Shown one piece after another: positions 1 through 12,610 of a DNA stretch of 64,000 bases. Under the pieces are notes generated by a model, which did no database searches, was not told the origin of the DNA, and saw only the letters and a list, made by a program, of their open reading frames with translations. A program made the position numbers and the translations under genes. Positions within the stretch are counted from its first letter, which is position 1; each line of letters begins with the position of its first letter. Source of the stretch: Squalus acanthias (Eukaryota); the NCBI GenBank assembly GCA_030390025.1, contig CM059432.1:120902001-120966000 (forward strand). The letters run 5' to 3'.

Positions 1-1085
1 ATTTTTAAATTTACCTCCTAACTCCCTATATTCTGCTTTTAGGACCTCATCCCCTTTTTTACCTATATCGTTGGTTCCTACGTGCACCACGACAGCTGGC
101 TGTTCGCCCTCCCCCTCCAAAATGTTCTGTTGCCGCTCCGAGACGTCCTTGACCCTTGCATCAGGGAGGCAACACACCATCCTGGAGTCTCGGTTGCGGC
201 CGCAGAAACGCCTATCTATTCCCCTTACAATTGAGTCCCCTATTACTATAGCTCTTCCACTCTGTTTCCTCCCAGCCTGTGCAGCAGAGCCACCCATGGT
301 GCCAGGAGGTTGGCTGCTGCTGCCTTCCCCTGATAAGTCATCCCCCCCAACAGTATTCAAAGTGATATATCTGTTTGAGAGGGGGATGTCCACAGGGGAC
401 CCCTGCACTACCTGCCTGCACCTCTTACTCTGCCTGGTGGTCACCCATTTACTTCCTGCCTGTCCACCCTTTGCCTGCGGTGTGACCAACTCGCTAAACG
501 TGCTATTCACGAGGTTCTCAGCATCACGAATGCTCCAATACGCATCCAATTGCAGCTCCAGCGCCGTAATGCGGTCTGCCAGTAGCTGTAGCTGGATACA
601 CTTCCCGCACACATGGTTGTCAAGGACACCGGAAGGGTCCCTGATTTCCCACATAGCACAGGAGGAGCATACCACGGGGCCGAGCTCTCCTGCCATGACT
701 TACCCTTTAATTAATTCAAATTAAATTAAAACAAATCAATCCCACCAATTGCACTACAGTTAAATGATATACTTAAGGGCCCTGGTTTACCAACAGTCCC
801 CGCTACACCACAGAGAGCTTAGAAACTATAAACCACAGAGTTTAAGTTTAAAAAGAGAGAAATACTCACCAACCAATCACATACCTGCTTTCTGGTGACG
901 TCACACTTCGATTACTTTTTACTTCTCTCCTTCCGAGCTCGGAGATTGGTAAACCTACCTGGTCTCTGCCGCCTCTTAAACCTCGCCGCCGCCACCTGGT
1001 TTCCCGCAGGTCTGCCGCCGCTCTGAGGTCTACCTGGTCTCTGCCGCCTCTTAAACCTCGCTGCCGCCGCCTGGTTCCCCATAGG
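1..1085 (-). mobile_element. CR1-type LINE 5' part (ORF1 zinc-finger/SGNH-esterase region and 5' UTR), running off the left edge
   Basis: Minus strand reads ...GDSIVRGIDRRFCGRNRDSRMVCCLPDARVKDV..., homologous to the ORF1 at 29408-30025. A ~73-bp duplicated unit lies at ~945-1085. Confidence 0.8.
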
Positions 1086-1222
1086 TCCACATTTCATGCT
1101 GTCAACTAATCAGCTGGATCAATGGTACTCAACTCCCGCCTCAGGTTGACAGATGTGGATCCCGAGCTGCGTGAATCCTGTGGGCAGCCAGGGAAATTTG
1201 AAAGGTAGGGTTAAAAAGGTGC

Positions 1223-3916
1223 TTACATTACATAGGATTACATAGGATTACACAGGATATATGGCACAGAAACAGGCCATTCGGCCCAACCAGTCCATGC
1301 CGGCATTTATGCTCCACATGAGTCTGCTCCCGTCTTTCCTCATCTAAATCTATCAGAATAACCCTCTGATCCCTTTTCCCTCATATACTTGTCCAGCCTC
1401 CCCTTAAATGCATCAATACTATTCGCTTCAACCACTCCCTGTGGTGGCGAGTTCCACATTCTCACCACTCTTTGGGTAAAGAAGTTTCTTCTGAATTCCC
1501 TATTGGATTTCTTGGTGACTATCTTATATTGATGGCCTCTAGTTATGCCCTTCCCCACAAGTGGAAACACTCTCTCTGTATCCACCCTATCAAACTTTTT
1601 CATAATTTTAAAGACCTCTATTAGGTCACCTCTCAGTCTTCTTTTTTTCAAGAGATAAGAGACCCAGACTGTTCATCCTTTCCTGATATGTATACCTTCG
1701 CATTGCTGGTATCATCCCTGTAAATCTTCTCCACACCCTCTCCAGTGCCTCTATATCCTTTTTATAATATGGCGACCAAAACTGTACGCAGTACTCTAAG
1801 TGTCGTCTAACCAAGGTTCGATACAGGTTTAGCATAACATCCCTACTTTTCAATTCTATCCCTCTAGAAATAAACCCTAGTGCTTGGTTTGCTTTTTTAT
1901 GACCTTGCTAACCTGTGTTGCAACTATTAGTGATTTATGTATTTGTACTCCTAGATCCCTTTGTACCTCTACCCCACCTAGACTCACACCCTCCAAGTGA
2001 TAAATGGCCTCCCTATTCTTCCTACCAAAATGTAATACCTCACATTTATCTGTGTTGAACTTCATTTGCCAATTATATGCCCATTCTGCAAGTTTATTCA
2101 TGTCCCCCTGTAACTTGTTGCAGTCCTCCTCAGTATTGACTAACCCCCCCAATTTGGTGTCACCCGCAAATTTGGAAATTGTGTTCTGATTCCTAAGTCT
2201 AAATCATTAATGTAAATTGTGAACAGCAGTGGTCCCAGCACTGATCCTTGTGGAACACCACTACCCACCTTCTGCCACTGTGAATAGCTACCCTTTACTC
2301 CTACTCTCTGCTTTCTGTGCTGAAGCCAGCCAGCAATCCATTCTGCTACTTGTCCCCTGACTCCGCATTCGCTGACCTTGTTCATCAATCTATTATGGGG
2401 TACCTTATCGAAGGCCTTTTGAAAATCCAGATAAATGACATCTACTGCAATACCATTGTCTAATCTCTCTATTACCTCTTCAAAAATTCCATAAGGTTGG
2501 TCAAGCAAGACTTTCCCTTTTGAAATCCATGTTGACTGTTCATTATTATATTTTTGGTTTCTAGATGTTCTTCTATTTTCTCCTTTAGTAGGGATTCCAT
2601 TATTTTTCCTACCACCGATGTTAAGCTGACTGGACATGTTCGATCCCCCTTCTTAAATATCAGTATTACGTTAGCTATCCGCCAGTCCTCTGGCACTATA
2701 CCTTTTTCTAACGAATTATTAAATAAGCGTAGTAATGCCTCTGCTATCTCTTCCCTAGATTCTTTTAAAATGTGTTGATGCAATCTATCCTGACCAGTGG
2801 TTTTATCCTGTTTGTGTTTGATAATTTATTTAATATAGCCCCTTTGTTTATTTTAAATGCGCTTATCTCATTACTAATCTCGTCATTCAATGTCATATCC
2901 ACTTGTTCTATCTCCCTGGTAAATACTGAAGCAAAATAATTATTTAATATTTCTGCCATCTCTCTATCGTTACCTGTGGTATTATCCTGACTATCCCTTA
3001 ATAGCCCTATTCCCATCCCAACCTTCCTTTTTTTATTGATGTGCCTATAAAATATTTTACTATTTTGTTTTATGTTCCTTGATAATTTAATTTCATAGTT
3101 CCTCTTTGCCTCCCTAATTGTTTTTTTTTGACTTCTCTCCTAATCTTTTCATATTCTCTCTTATCATGCACTTCCCTGCTGTCTATGTACTTAATGTATG
3201 CCTCTTTCCTTACCCTCAATTGTTCCTTTATGGCTTTATTCATCCATTGAGTCTCATTATTGTTTAGTTTGTTCTTTCCTTTTAGCGGAATATATTGTTC
3301 CTGCACTCTGTTGAACACCGTTTTAAATGTTTCCCATTGCTGTTCTGCATCGTTGTTTGCCAATATTGTTGCCCAATTTTTTTCCCCAAGTTCAATTCTC
3401 AGCCCCTCAAGATCAGCTTTTCTCCAATCTATTAACCTGGTTTTCATCATACTTTCGTCCTTCTCAATTATCATCTTAAAGCGTATTATATTATGGTCAC
3501 TATTGCCTGTATGTTCCCCTACCTTTACTTCTCTTATCTGCTCTGGTTCATTCCCCATTACTAGATCCAATAGTGATTCCTCCCTTGTTGGGCTTTTTAT
3601 ATATTGGGTTAGAAAGGAGTCCTGTGCACATTGTAGGAACTCCATTCCCTTATCCCCTTTACCTACCTCTTCTGTCTAATTAATATCGGGGTAGTTGAAA
3701 TCCCCCATGATTATTATTCTATGTTTTTTTCTCATTTCCCTAATTTGTCTGCATATTTCTTCCTCCACCTCCCTTCCACTATTAGCTGGTCTGTAAACTA
3801 TGCCTATTAGTGTGATTGATCCTTTATTATCTTTTAACTCTATTCATATGGATTCTATTTTTGTCTCGCTGATATCTGCATCACTTTTTTCTACTGCCAT
3901 TATGTTATCCCTAATA
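1223..3916 (-). mobile_element. CR1/HER1-type LINE, decayed ORF2 (endonuclease-RT), 5' truncated
   Basis: ORF fragments with [43 protein letters not shown]; many frameshifts; tandem (ttacatagga)n 3' tail at ~1223-1260. Confidence 0.92.
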
Positions 3917-4559
3917 AGGGTCTGTTAAGGGTCTGACAAGTACCTGTTGATGATTTAAATTAGCTCGCCCACCTCTGCCGTTCGGGTCGCTGCCGCGCCG
4001 GCAAACATGCCCGAGGGAATGGCACATGGGGGTGGGATGACAGCGGGTTCCCGACCCACTCCAGCATATTTCAAATTTCCCACCTGACCCGCCTCCGATT
4101 GTGCCCGCACAGACGCCAGAAAATTCCGGCTTGTGTGTTTGTTTATTTATTCATTCGTTAGCAATACTTTATTTCTAGAACTAATATAATCACTAGAGGT
4201 CTAGATTATAATTAGTAAAAGTATTTAGTTTGCTTTCAATTTAATTAGTAATTAAGTAATTTTTCTGCTTATTCCGTAACTATTTCTTTATTTATTTATC
4301 TCTTTTAAGATGGTTATTTCTTAGTCAACGATAACCAACAACAGTTAATATTAGAGTGTATACTCAATCAACTTAGCCTAGCTTTCACGGGCTCCGCCGC
4401 TCCTCCTCTGCGTTGACTGTGACATTTGTTTTTAAATTTTTGCTGAGTTTGTCTGCTGCTGCTCTGCGTCGCTCTTTGTTAAATCCTGGGAACCTCCCAC
4501 GTGGTGCTCCACACTCTGCTGACGCTCTTTGCCATGCTCTTTGTCTACATTTTTAACAA

Positions 4560-4648
4560 AAATGAGAAGTCGCACAACACCAGGTTATAGTCCAACAGAT
4601 TTATTTAATTTTACAAGCTTTCGGAGCTGTCGCTCCTTCCTCAGGTAA
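4560..4648 (-). mobile_element. Penelope-like terminal repeat fragment with minimal hammerhead-ribozyme-like core
   Basis: Minus strand reads CTGAGGA-A-GGAGC-GACA-GCTCC-GAAA-GCTT (CUGAnGA, stem II, GAAA), followed by a sequence resembling Penelope pseudo-LTRs I recognise from shark repeats. Confidence 0.55.
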
Positions 4649-5829
4649 GTTAGCAGTGAGAGAATCTCCCAGAATTCACAATTTAAACACAGACAAAATC
4701 TATTCAAATATTTCCCTACATCAAAGACACACTAAGAGCACAGCCAAGACAATGAGATGTGTCCCAGGGGGTCCAACGTGTCAAACCACCTGCTGGCTGC
4801 ATATCCTGTCAATTTGTGTTAGTCTTTTTAAAAAAAAAACACCTGGGAAGACCGGCCATGATGTCAAGTCACATTTTTAACAGAAGCGTTAAACCGTTTA
4901 GAATAAATGAGTTAATGCTTCTGTTAAAATAGTGAACAAAGGAATTTCATGCGATCAGTTAAGCATCTGTGCACTAATATCATAGGTTCACATTTCAAGG
5001 CCTATATTTCCATTCACACTGCTACAACTCAGAGATCAGAGAGTCCAGCACTCTCTAAATCCAAGTCCTACTTATGTCGCTCCTGAAGTTTCTTTAAATC
5101 ATTTTGATGGACAACCAAAACATTTTCTCTGGACTGTCCTGACTGATCTGTTAAATTAGCAATGTGCTGTAGTGCGCACATGACAAATGTAGTCAAGATT
5201 GGAGTCATTAAGACACGATTATCTTTTTCCTGGTTCTGTACCCAATCACTCGTATTAAAGTGAGTAACTGAAAAATATTATAGCAAAGATAGACAATTGC
5301 TAAGTAATATTAACCTTGAAAGCTCTACTGCAGCCAGGAAACATGATGTAAACAGTCCACTGTATCTTCATTACTGTTGCAAGCAGCATATTTTAAGGTG
5401 CAAAGGAAATGACATCAATAAGTAAATCACTCAATAACCATTTGGTCGATTGTAGCTTGTATCCAGCTGATACTGGAAATCGCCACCTACTGAACCAAGT
5501 TTCTTAAAGAGAAACACCATTAAAACAGCTCAAAAGACTTATTACTAAATCTCATGTTAAGTTCTTGAACATCACACAGCCTGACTTGAAGACACTGCAT
5601 TCCTGGCAGGAGCGTTGAGAGAATATATCGGGAGACCGTGGATGCATACCCCCATCATGTTAATGGACTGTGGGGAGTGCATCTGTGAATTCCTGATCTG
5701 CACTCCCAGTCAGTGAGCCTCCGTGCTAGTAGACTCATTCATTAAATCAGCCTCTATTAGTATTAGATAAAAATTTGCCGCTGCTTTAAACAGAAAATCA
5801 ACTCTTTGTGAGCTTATCAAATGAGCAGC

Positions 5830-6000
5830 TGAGCCCTGTTTGATCCCTGGTCTGTACTGAGCGAGCTTATCTCAGCAGAAGGGACCACAGCAGCCTTTGG
5901 CCAAGGGAAGGAAAATTGGCCAGGGTTCTTGCGTTTGATCATATCCAGTCGCCCCTGTTGGAAATGCCGATGCGGACAAGGTGTCACTACAGGATTTGCT
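5830..6000 (+). repeat. Old SINE-like interspersed repeat (diverged relative at ~45370-45560)
   Basis: Shared blocks with 45370-45560 (ggaaaattggccagggttcttg...atatccagtcgcccctg vs ggaaactcggtcagagatcccac...tatccattgaccccctg). Family not identified. Confidence 0.3.
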
Positions 6001-6213
6001 GAAATGCCTCTTTCAGTCACTTAAAATAATGCTCACTGTCACAGCTTACACGTGAATAATGGTCACTTGGAAGAGGTGCTGGGACATGACTTGTACTGTT
6101 AAATCATACCCCAGTAAGGAACCAGTAGGTCTTTTGTCGGCAAAGTAACTTGATAACAAAAAAATGCCCTGTAGCAGGCCATCTAACAGTGTCTGCCGGA
6201 TGGGAAAATATTA

Positions 6214-6568
6214 CAGGAAACTCTCTTTTAACCGGCACCTAAATATCCGGAAATCTCTCTTAACCGGCAAAATTCAGGAGTAGGTTCAGGTAAGTTTTAC
6301 TATATATTAGTGGTCGTGTAACCGGGGTTCCTGGATCTGTGGCCGTGTAACCGGGGTTCCTGCACCTCTGGCCGTGCAACAGGGACTCCTGGATCTGTGG
6401 CCGTGTAACCGGGACTCCTGCACAAGTGCCGTGTAACCGGGGCTCCTGCACCTGTGGCCGTGTACGGGGCTCTCGTACCTTGGTAAGTGTGCCTCTCTGT
6501 AATCCGGACTTTTTGATCAACCGGCACCATGTCGGTCCCGTCGGTGCCGGATAAAAAAGAGTTTCCTG
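6214..6568. mobile_element. Tc1/mariner-pogo (Tigger-like) MITE with internal ~30-bp tandem repeat
   Basis: TIRs CAGGAAACTCTCTTTTAACCGGCACC / GGTGCCGGATAAAAAAGAGTTTCCTG, flanked by TA on both sides; internal repeat gtggccgtgtaaccggggttcctg at ~6313-6470. Confidence 0.8.
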
Positions 6569-7254
6569 TATTATGAGAAGAGATTTGAGAGACCGGGACT
6601 ATGTCCATTGGAATAGAAAAGAATAAGAGTAGATTTAGCAGAGGTTTTTACATTTTGGAGCGTTTTGATAGAGTGAATAGGGAAAGACTATTTCCTCTGG
6701 CTGGTGTATCTGGCCTATTACTGGCAGTTCTCATGGCCTTATCCTCCCCAGAGTTATGCAAAGCAGCTAACCCTGGGATTTCTGTGCTGGTTAGCATCCT
6801 TGGGTATGGGCCACCCACTGAGCCTCCGCCGATGCACGGGGGGCCCAAGAATTCCCCGCCTTTACAGTTCTGCACATAATTACTTGTGAAGATGTTAATC
6901 GCTGAAAAATATTACAGCCAATTATTTAATCAAAGCTTCATCCTTGAGATACCCCGCCTCATCAGTCTGGTCTCCACAGTGGGGAAGTGCCAAGGGGAGG
7001 CCAAGTGGCTCTCATTAGGAAGGGAGGGGAAATCGGAATGCCCATCAGCTGGCAGTGGGAGCAGTTCTGCGGAGAGCTTGCAAGCAGCTCTCCAGCCCAC
7101 TTGGCCAGGGAAGGTGCATGATACAAGTAGAGACAAAGAAGGTTGAAAAGTAAAAAGGGAGAAAACTAAAATTTTAAACTGGAATAGTAGGGTACATTTT
7201 ATCATTTGTTCTTCCTGTACATAGTCATTGTAGGTACCTACAAAAGAAAAAAAG

Positions 7255-7675
7255 AAAGACGTGCATTTATATAGCGCCTTTCATGGCCTCAGGACATCCC
7301 AAAATACTTTACAGCCAATGAAGTACTATTTGAAGTGTAGTCATTGTTGTGATGTAGGAAACGTGGCAGCCAATTTGCACACAGCAAGCTCCCACAAACA
7401 GCAATGTGATAATGACCAGATAATCTGTTTTTTGTGATGTTTATCGAGGGATAAATATTGGCCAGGACACTGGGGATAGCTCCCCTGCTCTTCTTCGAAA
7501 TAGTGCCATGTGATCTTTTATGTTCACCTGAGAGAGCAGACAGGGCCTCGGTTTAATGTCTGATCCGAAAGACGGCACCCCCAACAGCGCAGCATTCCCT
7601 CAGCACTGCACCGCAGTGTCAGCCTAGATTTTTGTGCTCAAGTCTCTGGAGTGGGACTTGAACCCACAACCTTCT
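7255..7675 (-). mobile_element. tRNA-derived DeuSINE (SacSINE1-like)
   Basis: B-box-like ggttgtgggttcaagtccc on the minus strand at the right end, Deu-domain-like core (tcatccgaaagacggcac...gtgtcagcctaga type), and tail aaggcgctatataaatgca. Recognised from memory, not by search. Confidence 0.7.
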
Positions 7676-8338
7676 ATTGGGAATTCGGGGAGTCACCAAA
7701 TTTTCCATTCATTAAAATGAATGGACAGAACATCCTGTGCGGATCTCCGTGCCCATATTCCCAATGTGCACCCCCAGTGCGCAAAGCTCCGGCCAGAAAT
7801 GCAAATTTGTAAAACTTGCCGACCTAGAAATTCAATCGTGCGTAAATTGTGCGGGCGGGTGGGAGGGAGAGGCAGTGGCAGCAGGGACCCATGCAGGTAG
7901 CACATAAAATCTGTGCTGCTTGCTTATTATAATTATTTGTGCATACAGTCAGCGTTACCTGCACTGTTCATTGGCTAAATGCCTCTCGGGAAGTGGGTGG
8001 TGGTGGGGGGGGGGGCCCTACCGGGAGGGGCCCACACTACTTAAAGGGATGTTCTTGAAATGATACATGTACCTGGGATCTTGAGCTGTCTGCTTGGAGG
8101 TTGTAAGTGCACCCCATCATGAATGTCAGTGCATCGTTTCTTTTTGGAAAAATATTGGAATTCTCCATTCATTGCTCCTCAATAATATGTTCACACAAGG
8201 ACATCAGAAACCCACAATGTTGTCTTTCTAATTCACTCCAAGGAAGTTGGAGTGGAGTAGATCTGATTGGAAAGCTAGCCCTGGCACAGACAGAGTGGGC
8301 TGAATAGATTCCTTTTGTACTGAGATATCTATGATTAT

Positions 8339-8872
8339 GGGCCATAATTTGCTGTGGCAAATTAACAGCACAAGGACTGAGAAGGAAGTGTAAATTAGAG
8401 TGCGTGAATTCAGTGTCAAATCAGCTACAGAAAGAGAAATAAAGAGAGGGAAAGAAAGATTGGATTAAGAGAGAAAGAGAAAAGAGACAGAAAGGAAAAG
8501 TAAAAATGTTCTTTAAAATTTTTAAATTATCCATTTTTAAAATCTCCAACAACAATTAAAATCTGAAGGATGAGACTCCACACTTGTAATGGTTAATTTT
8601 CAGTGCCAGAGAGGTTGACTGGCAGTAATGAACACTTGTCATGTCATTAAAAGGGTGCTTGGACTGGAATGGACAAGTGCAGGAACTTCACGTCATTCAA
8701 TGCATTTGAGCTGGGAGCCTGACAGCCAGATGCCGTTTTCGCGAAGCTAACGACAGAGCAGCGCATGTCGGAGAGCAACGTTCGGATTTAACCACGCATC
8801 TGCGCTCGCCTGAAGTTGCTGTACCTTTTGCGCCATGAGCCCCACTGTTATTTTGACAGCAAATTATGGGCC
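8339..8872. mobile_element. Non-autonomous DNA transposon (MITE)
   Basis: TIRs GGGCCATAATTTGCTGT / ACAGCAAATTATGGGCC; the same ATTAT (or AT) lies on both flanks. Confidence 0.7.
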
Positions 8873-10290
8873 ATTATGATTCGTGTCAAGGAACCAATGG
8901 TTTTCACCACCAAGCTACCTATTGGACATATTCATATTCATAGTATTCATAGAATAAGCAATGATATACTAACGTCTTCTGCTATTTTTACCTGGACGCC
9001 AATATATTACAATAGTCCTCAAAGAGTTAGAACAAATAACTGCCGGAGCTGCATACAGAATAAAGCAGCACTTCTCAGCTGGGAGTGCAATTAACATAAA
9101 GACTAGGTACACTGCAGCTCCACCAGGTTAAAATTTGATTTCAGTTTCATGACTTTAATCATGTATCAAAATAATCAATTCTTTCTGGATAGAAAACACT
9201 TCAAAACAAATGATAACATACTGCTTGTGCACGTTATATGTGAAGTAACCGGATAATTCATAAATGGGAGGGAAACATGATGTGATGTGTCCCTCCCCTC
9301 TCTTTTGCTGCCCCACCCCATTCATTATTCTATATATACTATTTGCATAACGAGAATTTTTAAAAATGACGAAAATTTGTAGTTTAAATTTGGAGGTTTT
9401 TGTCTTTCAGTAGCCTGACTGGCAGTACAGAGGGAAAGTTATTGGGGGAGTGCCAATAAGCTATTAGTTATATCACACCACACGTGTGGAATTAATTCCA
9501 GAGTAAACACGAGTGTCATAAACAAAGCATTGGAAATCTGAGTTTAGGACTTCCTCAATAGCACATTCTTTACTTCAGAGACCCTTCAAGATACATATAA
9601 TGAGAGAAATGGCACGTTGGTATGATTCGGACTTGTGCCTGGGTGCACTTTTCACGTATATGATATTTTCAACCAACCTGTCACATTTTCTGTGCATCAA
9701 GATTTCACCTTGTGATCATCAGGTAAGTGTGGTATATTTATCGATATACACAAGCACATATTTACTGTTAAAGGCAGTCTGCCTTATTCAGTTTTTGTGT
9801 TCACAAATTAAGTCAGCAGCTCCCTTTTGATCATTTCAGTAGTGTGGTTGTAGAGCTGTCACGTATCCAGACTGTGTGGCAGGTTTGTGTGAACCAAGTA
9901 CTTCAGTTTTATTTCCAGAAAGGCAACTCATGGGAAGGCTCAGCAAAAAAAAGCGGTTATTATAAGAGATGAAACAAAATGTAATGCGAGCTGTGCTGAA
10001 ACTACTGTAATTAGAATATATCTGCAGACACGTTCCTGTTTAACTTCAATACAGTTCCAGATTTTAAGTTTATTTTAGACTCCATTCTCATTTGCCTTTC
10101 ACTTGCACCACAATGATCATATACAGTAATGATCAGATTATATTAATAGAAAAAAATTGGAATAAAGAACCCAATTCCTGCTGCTGGTTAATATTTTTTC
10201 CCGACTTGCCAGTGGAACTCTCCTCTTTCAGGCATTTTCAAACAGTCCCAGCTCAGGTATAGCCAGAAGAAAAGACCTTGCATTTATATA

Positions 10291-11056
10291 GGCCCAGAAA
10301 TTCACCTCTCTGGCTTGCCGCAGGGGTGAGGATCGCGCGCGCACTTACCTACCGCGCCTGCCGTTGTATTTTGGGCCCACGGGAACTTCAGCTCTTGGTC
10401 CTGCTCCAAGAGCTGGCGCGCAGTGCTTGCGTGACCCAGGGGCGTAGTTAGTGCGATGCGTCCCCTGGGATCACGTGGGCCATGGAGAGCCAATGGCAGC
10501 AGACCATCTTTCATTCATAGATTTGACAGGAAGAGCTGTCAAATCTGTGAATTGAAATCGGCCCCAAAAGAACAGCTAAACTTAAAATAAATTTAAATAA
10601 AAAACCATCACATTTATAAAATAACTATAGTTAAATAAATTAACCACTTTAAACAAAAATTTAAATTTTTGAAAAAGTTAAAATACTTTTTAAAAGTGAT
10701 AAAAATAAACTTACCTTTCTTTAAAGTGTCGAAAAAAGATAAACCTGTTGAAATTTTTTTTAAATTATACTTAATTAACCACTTACCTTGTTGAAAACGG
10801 GTCCTGCGCCTCCTTTTTATAAGCGTAGGTTCTTCAATACTTACCCTCGCGTAGAAACCTGAAAAAAAATCTCAGTTTGCTGCGTGCGCGCAGCCTCTCC
10901 CGCGCACGCGGTTCACCTAGGAACCGCCCCCTTCACCAGACCGGAAGTTCCGGTTTCCCGCGCATGCGCAGTGCATGCAGGAAACCGGCACTTCGGGACG
11001 CATTACGGGTGAGTACGCACTGTGTACTCACCCGGGAAGTGCCGAATTTTTGGCCC
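10291..11056. mobile_element. MITE family A (PIF/Harbinger-like TIRs), full copy
   Basis: TIRs GGCCCAGAAATTC / GAATTTTTGGCCC; a highly similar inverted copy lies at 52884-53647 and a partial copy at 12370-12610. Confidence 0.85.
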
Positions 11057-11086
11057 TATAGCTAATGGTTGGAGGATTTCATCGGA

Positions 11087-11812
11087 ACATAGCAACAGGA
11101 GGCGGAAATTCAGCGGCTACTGCCTGTTCCGCCATTCAATTAGATAATTGCTGATCTGTGTCTTAACCCCATGGATCTGCATTGGTTCCGTAATCCTTAA
11201 TGCCCAACAAACATCTATTAATACAATAGCAAAATATTGTGGATATTGAAATCTGAAATAACAACAGAAAATGCTGGAAACACTGAGCAGGTCAGGCAGC
11301 ATCCGTGGAGAGAGAAAAACGACTATTAATGTCAGTTTTGACAGTTTCAATTGACCCCCAGCATCAACAGGTTTTTTGGGGAGAGATTTTCAGATTTGTA
11401 CTACCTTTTGTCTCAAGAAATGCTGTCCACCATCCAAACGGAACTAGATAAGTCCCTGAAAAAAATTGCAGGGCTACAGAGAATGGGCGGGGGATTGAGC
11501 TGAAGTGCTCTTGCAGAGAGTTGGCACGGGTTGGAAGGGCTGAATGGCCTCCTACTGTGCCGTACCGATGGTTCTATAATTCTATCACCCCGTTAGCGCC
11601 TCGCTCTAATTTGAAGTTTATGCCTCATTGTTCTGGACTCCCCCACCAGAGGAAAAGTACTTTATCTCTCTCTATCCTGTCAAATCCTTTAATCATCTTT
11701 AACACCTCAATTTGATCACCCCCTGGCCTTCTATATTCAAGGGAATACAAGCCTAGTCTTTGCAACCTGTCCTCATAATTTAACCATTTTAGCTCAGGTA
11801 TCGCTCCGATGA
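11087..11812 (-). mobile_element. CR1 3' fragment with a nested opposite-strand CR1 tail and a Penelope-type repeat fragment (~11225-11345)
   Basis: ORF 11625-11822 (LNYEDRLQRLGLYSLEYRR) is CR1 ORF2 C-terminus; plus-strand tail gaatggcctcctactgtgc at ~11540; acagaaaatgctggaaacactgagcaggtcaggcagcatc block. Confidence 0.7.
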
Positions 11813-12039
11813 ATTGAGACAAAGGTTATCAAATTTAAAAAAGTGTTACTATACCATGGCAAGAGGAAGTCTTCCGAATTATATGACTTACTGCTCAGAA
11901 TCAAAAGTTTCCTACTCATTGACTGCCGAATACAAAGACAGAAGTTTACACTGAATATTTCATTGTGCCTTCTCCCTATTCCTCCATTTACTGCTGCCCT
12001 CTCCCAATTCCCTAATTACTGCTGCACTCCCCCAATTAA

Positions 12040-12360
12040 TGTGAGAGGGCAGCAGTAAATGGGGGAATTGGGGGAGGGCATCAGCAAATGGAATTGGGAG
12101 AGGGCACCAGTAAAGGGGGGAATTGGGAGAGAGAGCACCAGTAAATGGGGGAATTGGGAGAGAGCACCAGTAAATGGGGGAATTGGGAGAGAGCACCGGT
12201 AAAGGGGGGAATTGGGAGAGAGCACCAGTAAATGGGGGAATTGGGAGAGAGCACCAGTAAAGGGGGGAATTGGGAGAGAGCACCGGTAAATGGGAGAATT
12301 GAGGGAGGGCACCAGTCAATGGGGGATTTGGGGGAGAGCAACAGTAAATGGGGGAATTGC
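12040..12360. repeat. G-rich ~29-30-bp minisatellite (gggagagagcaccagtaaatgggggaatt)n, ~11 copies
   Basis: Directly visible tandem array. Confidence 0.92.
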
Positions 12361-12369
12361 AGATCGGAA

Positions 12370-12610
12370 TCCTGTCAAATCTATGAATGAAAGATGGTCT
12401 GCTGCCATTGGCTCTCCATGGCCCACGTGATCCCAGGGGAAGCATCGCAGTAACTACGCCCCTGGGACACGCATGAACTGTGCGCCGGCTCTTGGAGCAG
12501 GACCAGGAGCTGAAGTTCCCGTGGGCCCAAAACACAACGGCAGGCGCAGTAGGTAAGTGCATGCGCGATCCTTACCCCCGCGGCAAGCCGGAGAGGCGAA
12601 TTTCTGGGCC
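12370..12610. mobile_element. Partial MITE family A (one arm), inverted relative to 10291-10540
   Basis: Reverse complement of 10291-10540, ending in TIR GAATTTCTGGGCC. Confidence 0.8.

Noticed and set aside
71..724. 217-aa plus-strand ORF and similar shadow ORFs (e.g. 63125-63958, 17477-18070)
   Set aside because: Antisense to CR1/Tx1 ORF1 or to the LTR-element ORF; no independent coding evidence.
5060..5100. PTYVAPEV kinase-like peptide
   Set aside because: Isolated motif with no other kinase subdomains or supporting splice sites; likely chance.
9600..9730. Short ORF ending at a strong CAG|GTAAGT donor
   Set aside because: No recognisable homology or partner exon; insufficient to call.
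11960..12562. 200-aa Pro-rich repetitive ORFs
   Set aside because: Artefacts of the 30-bp minisatellite and MITE sequence.
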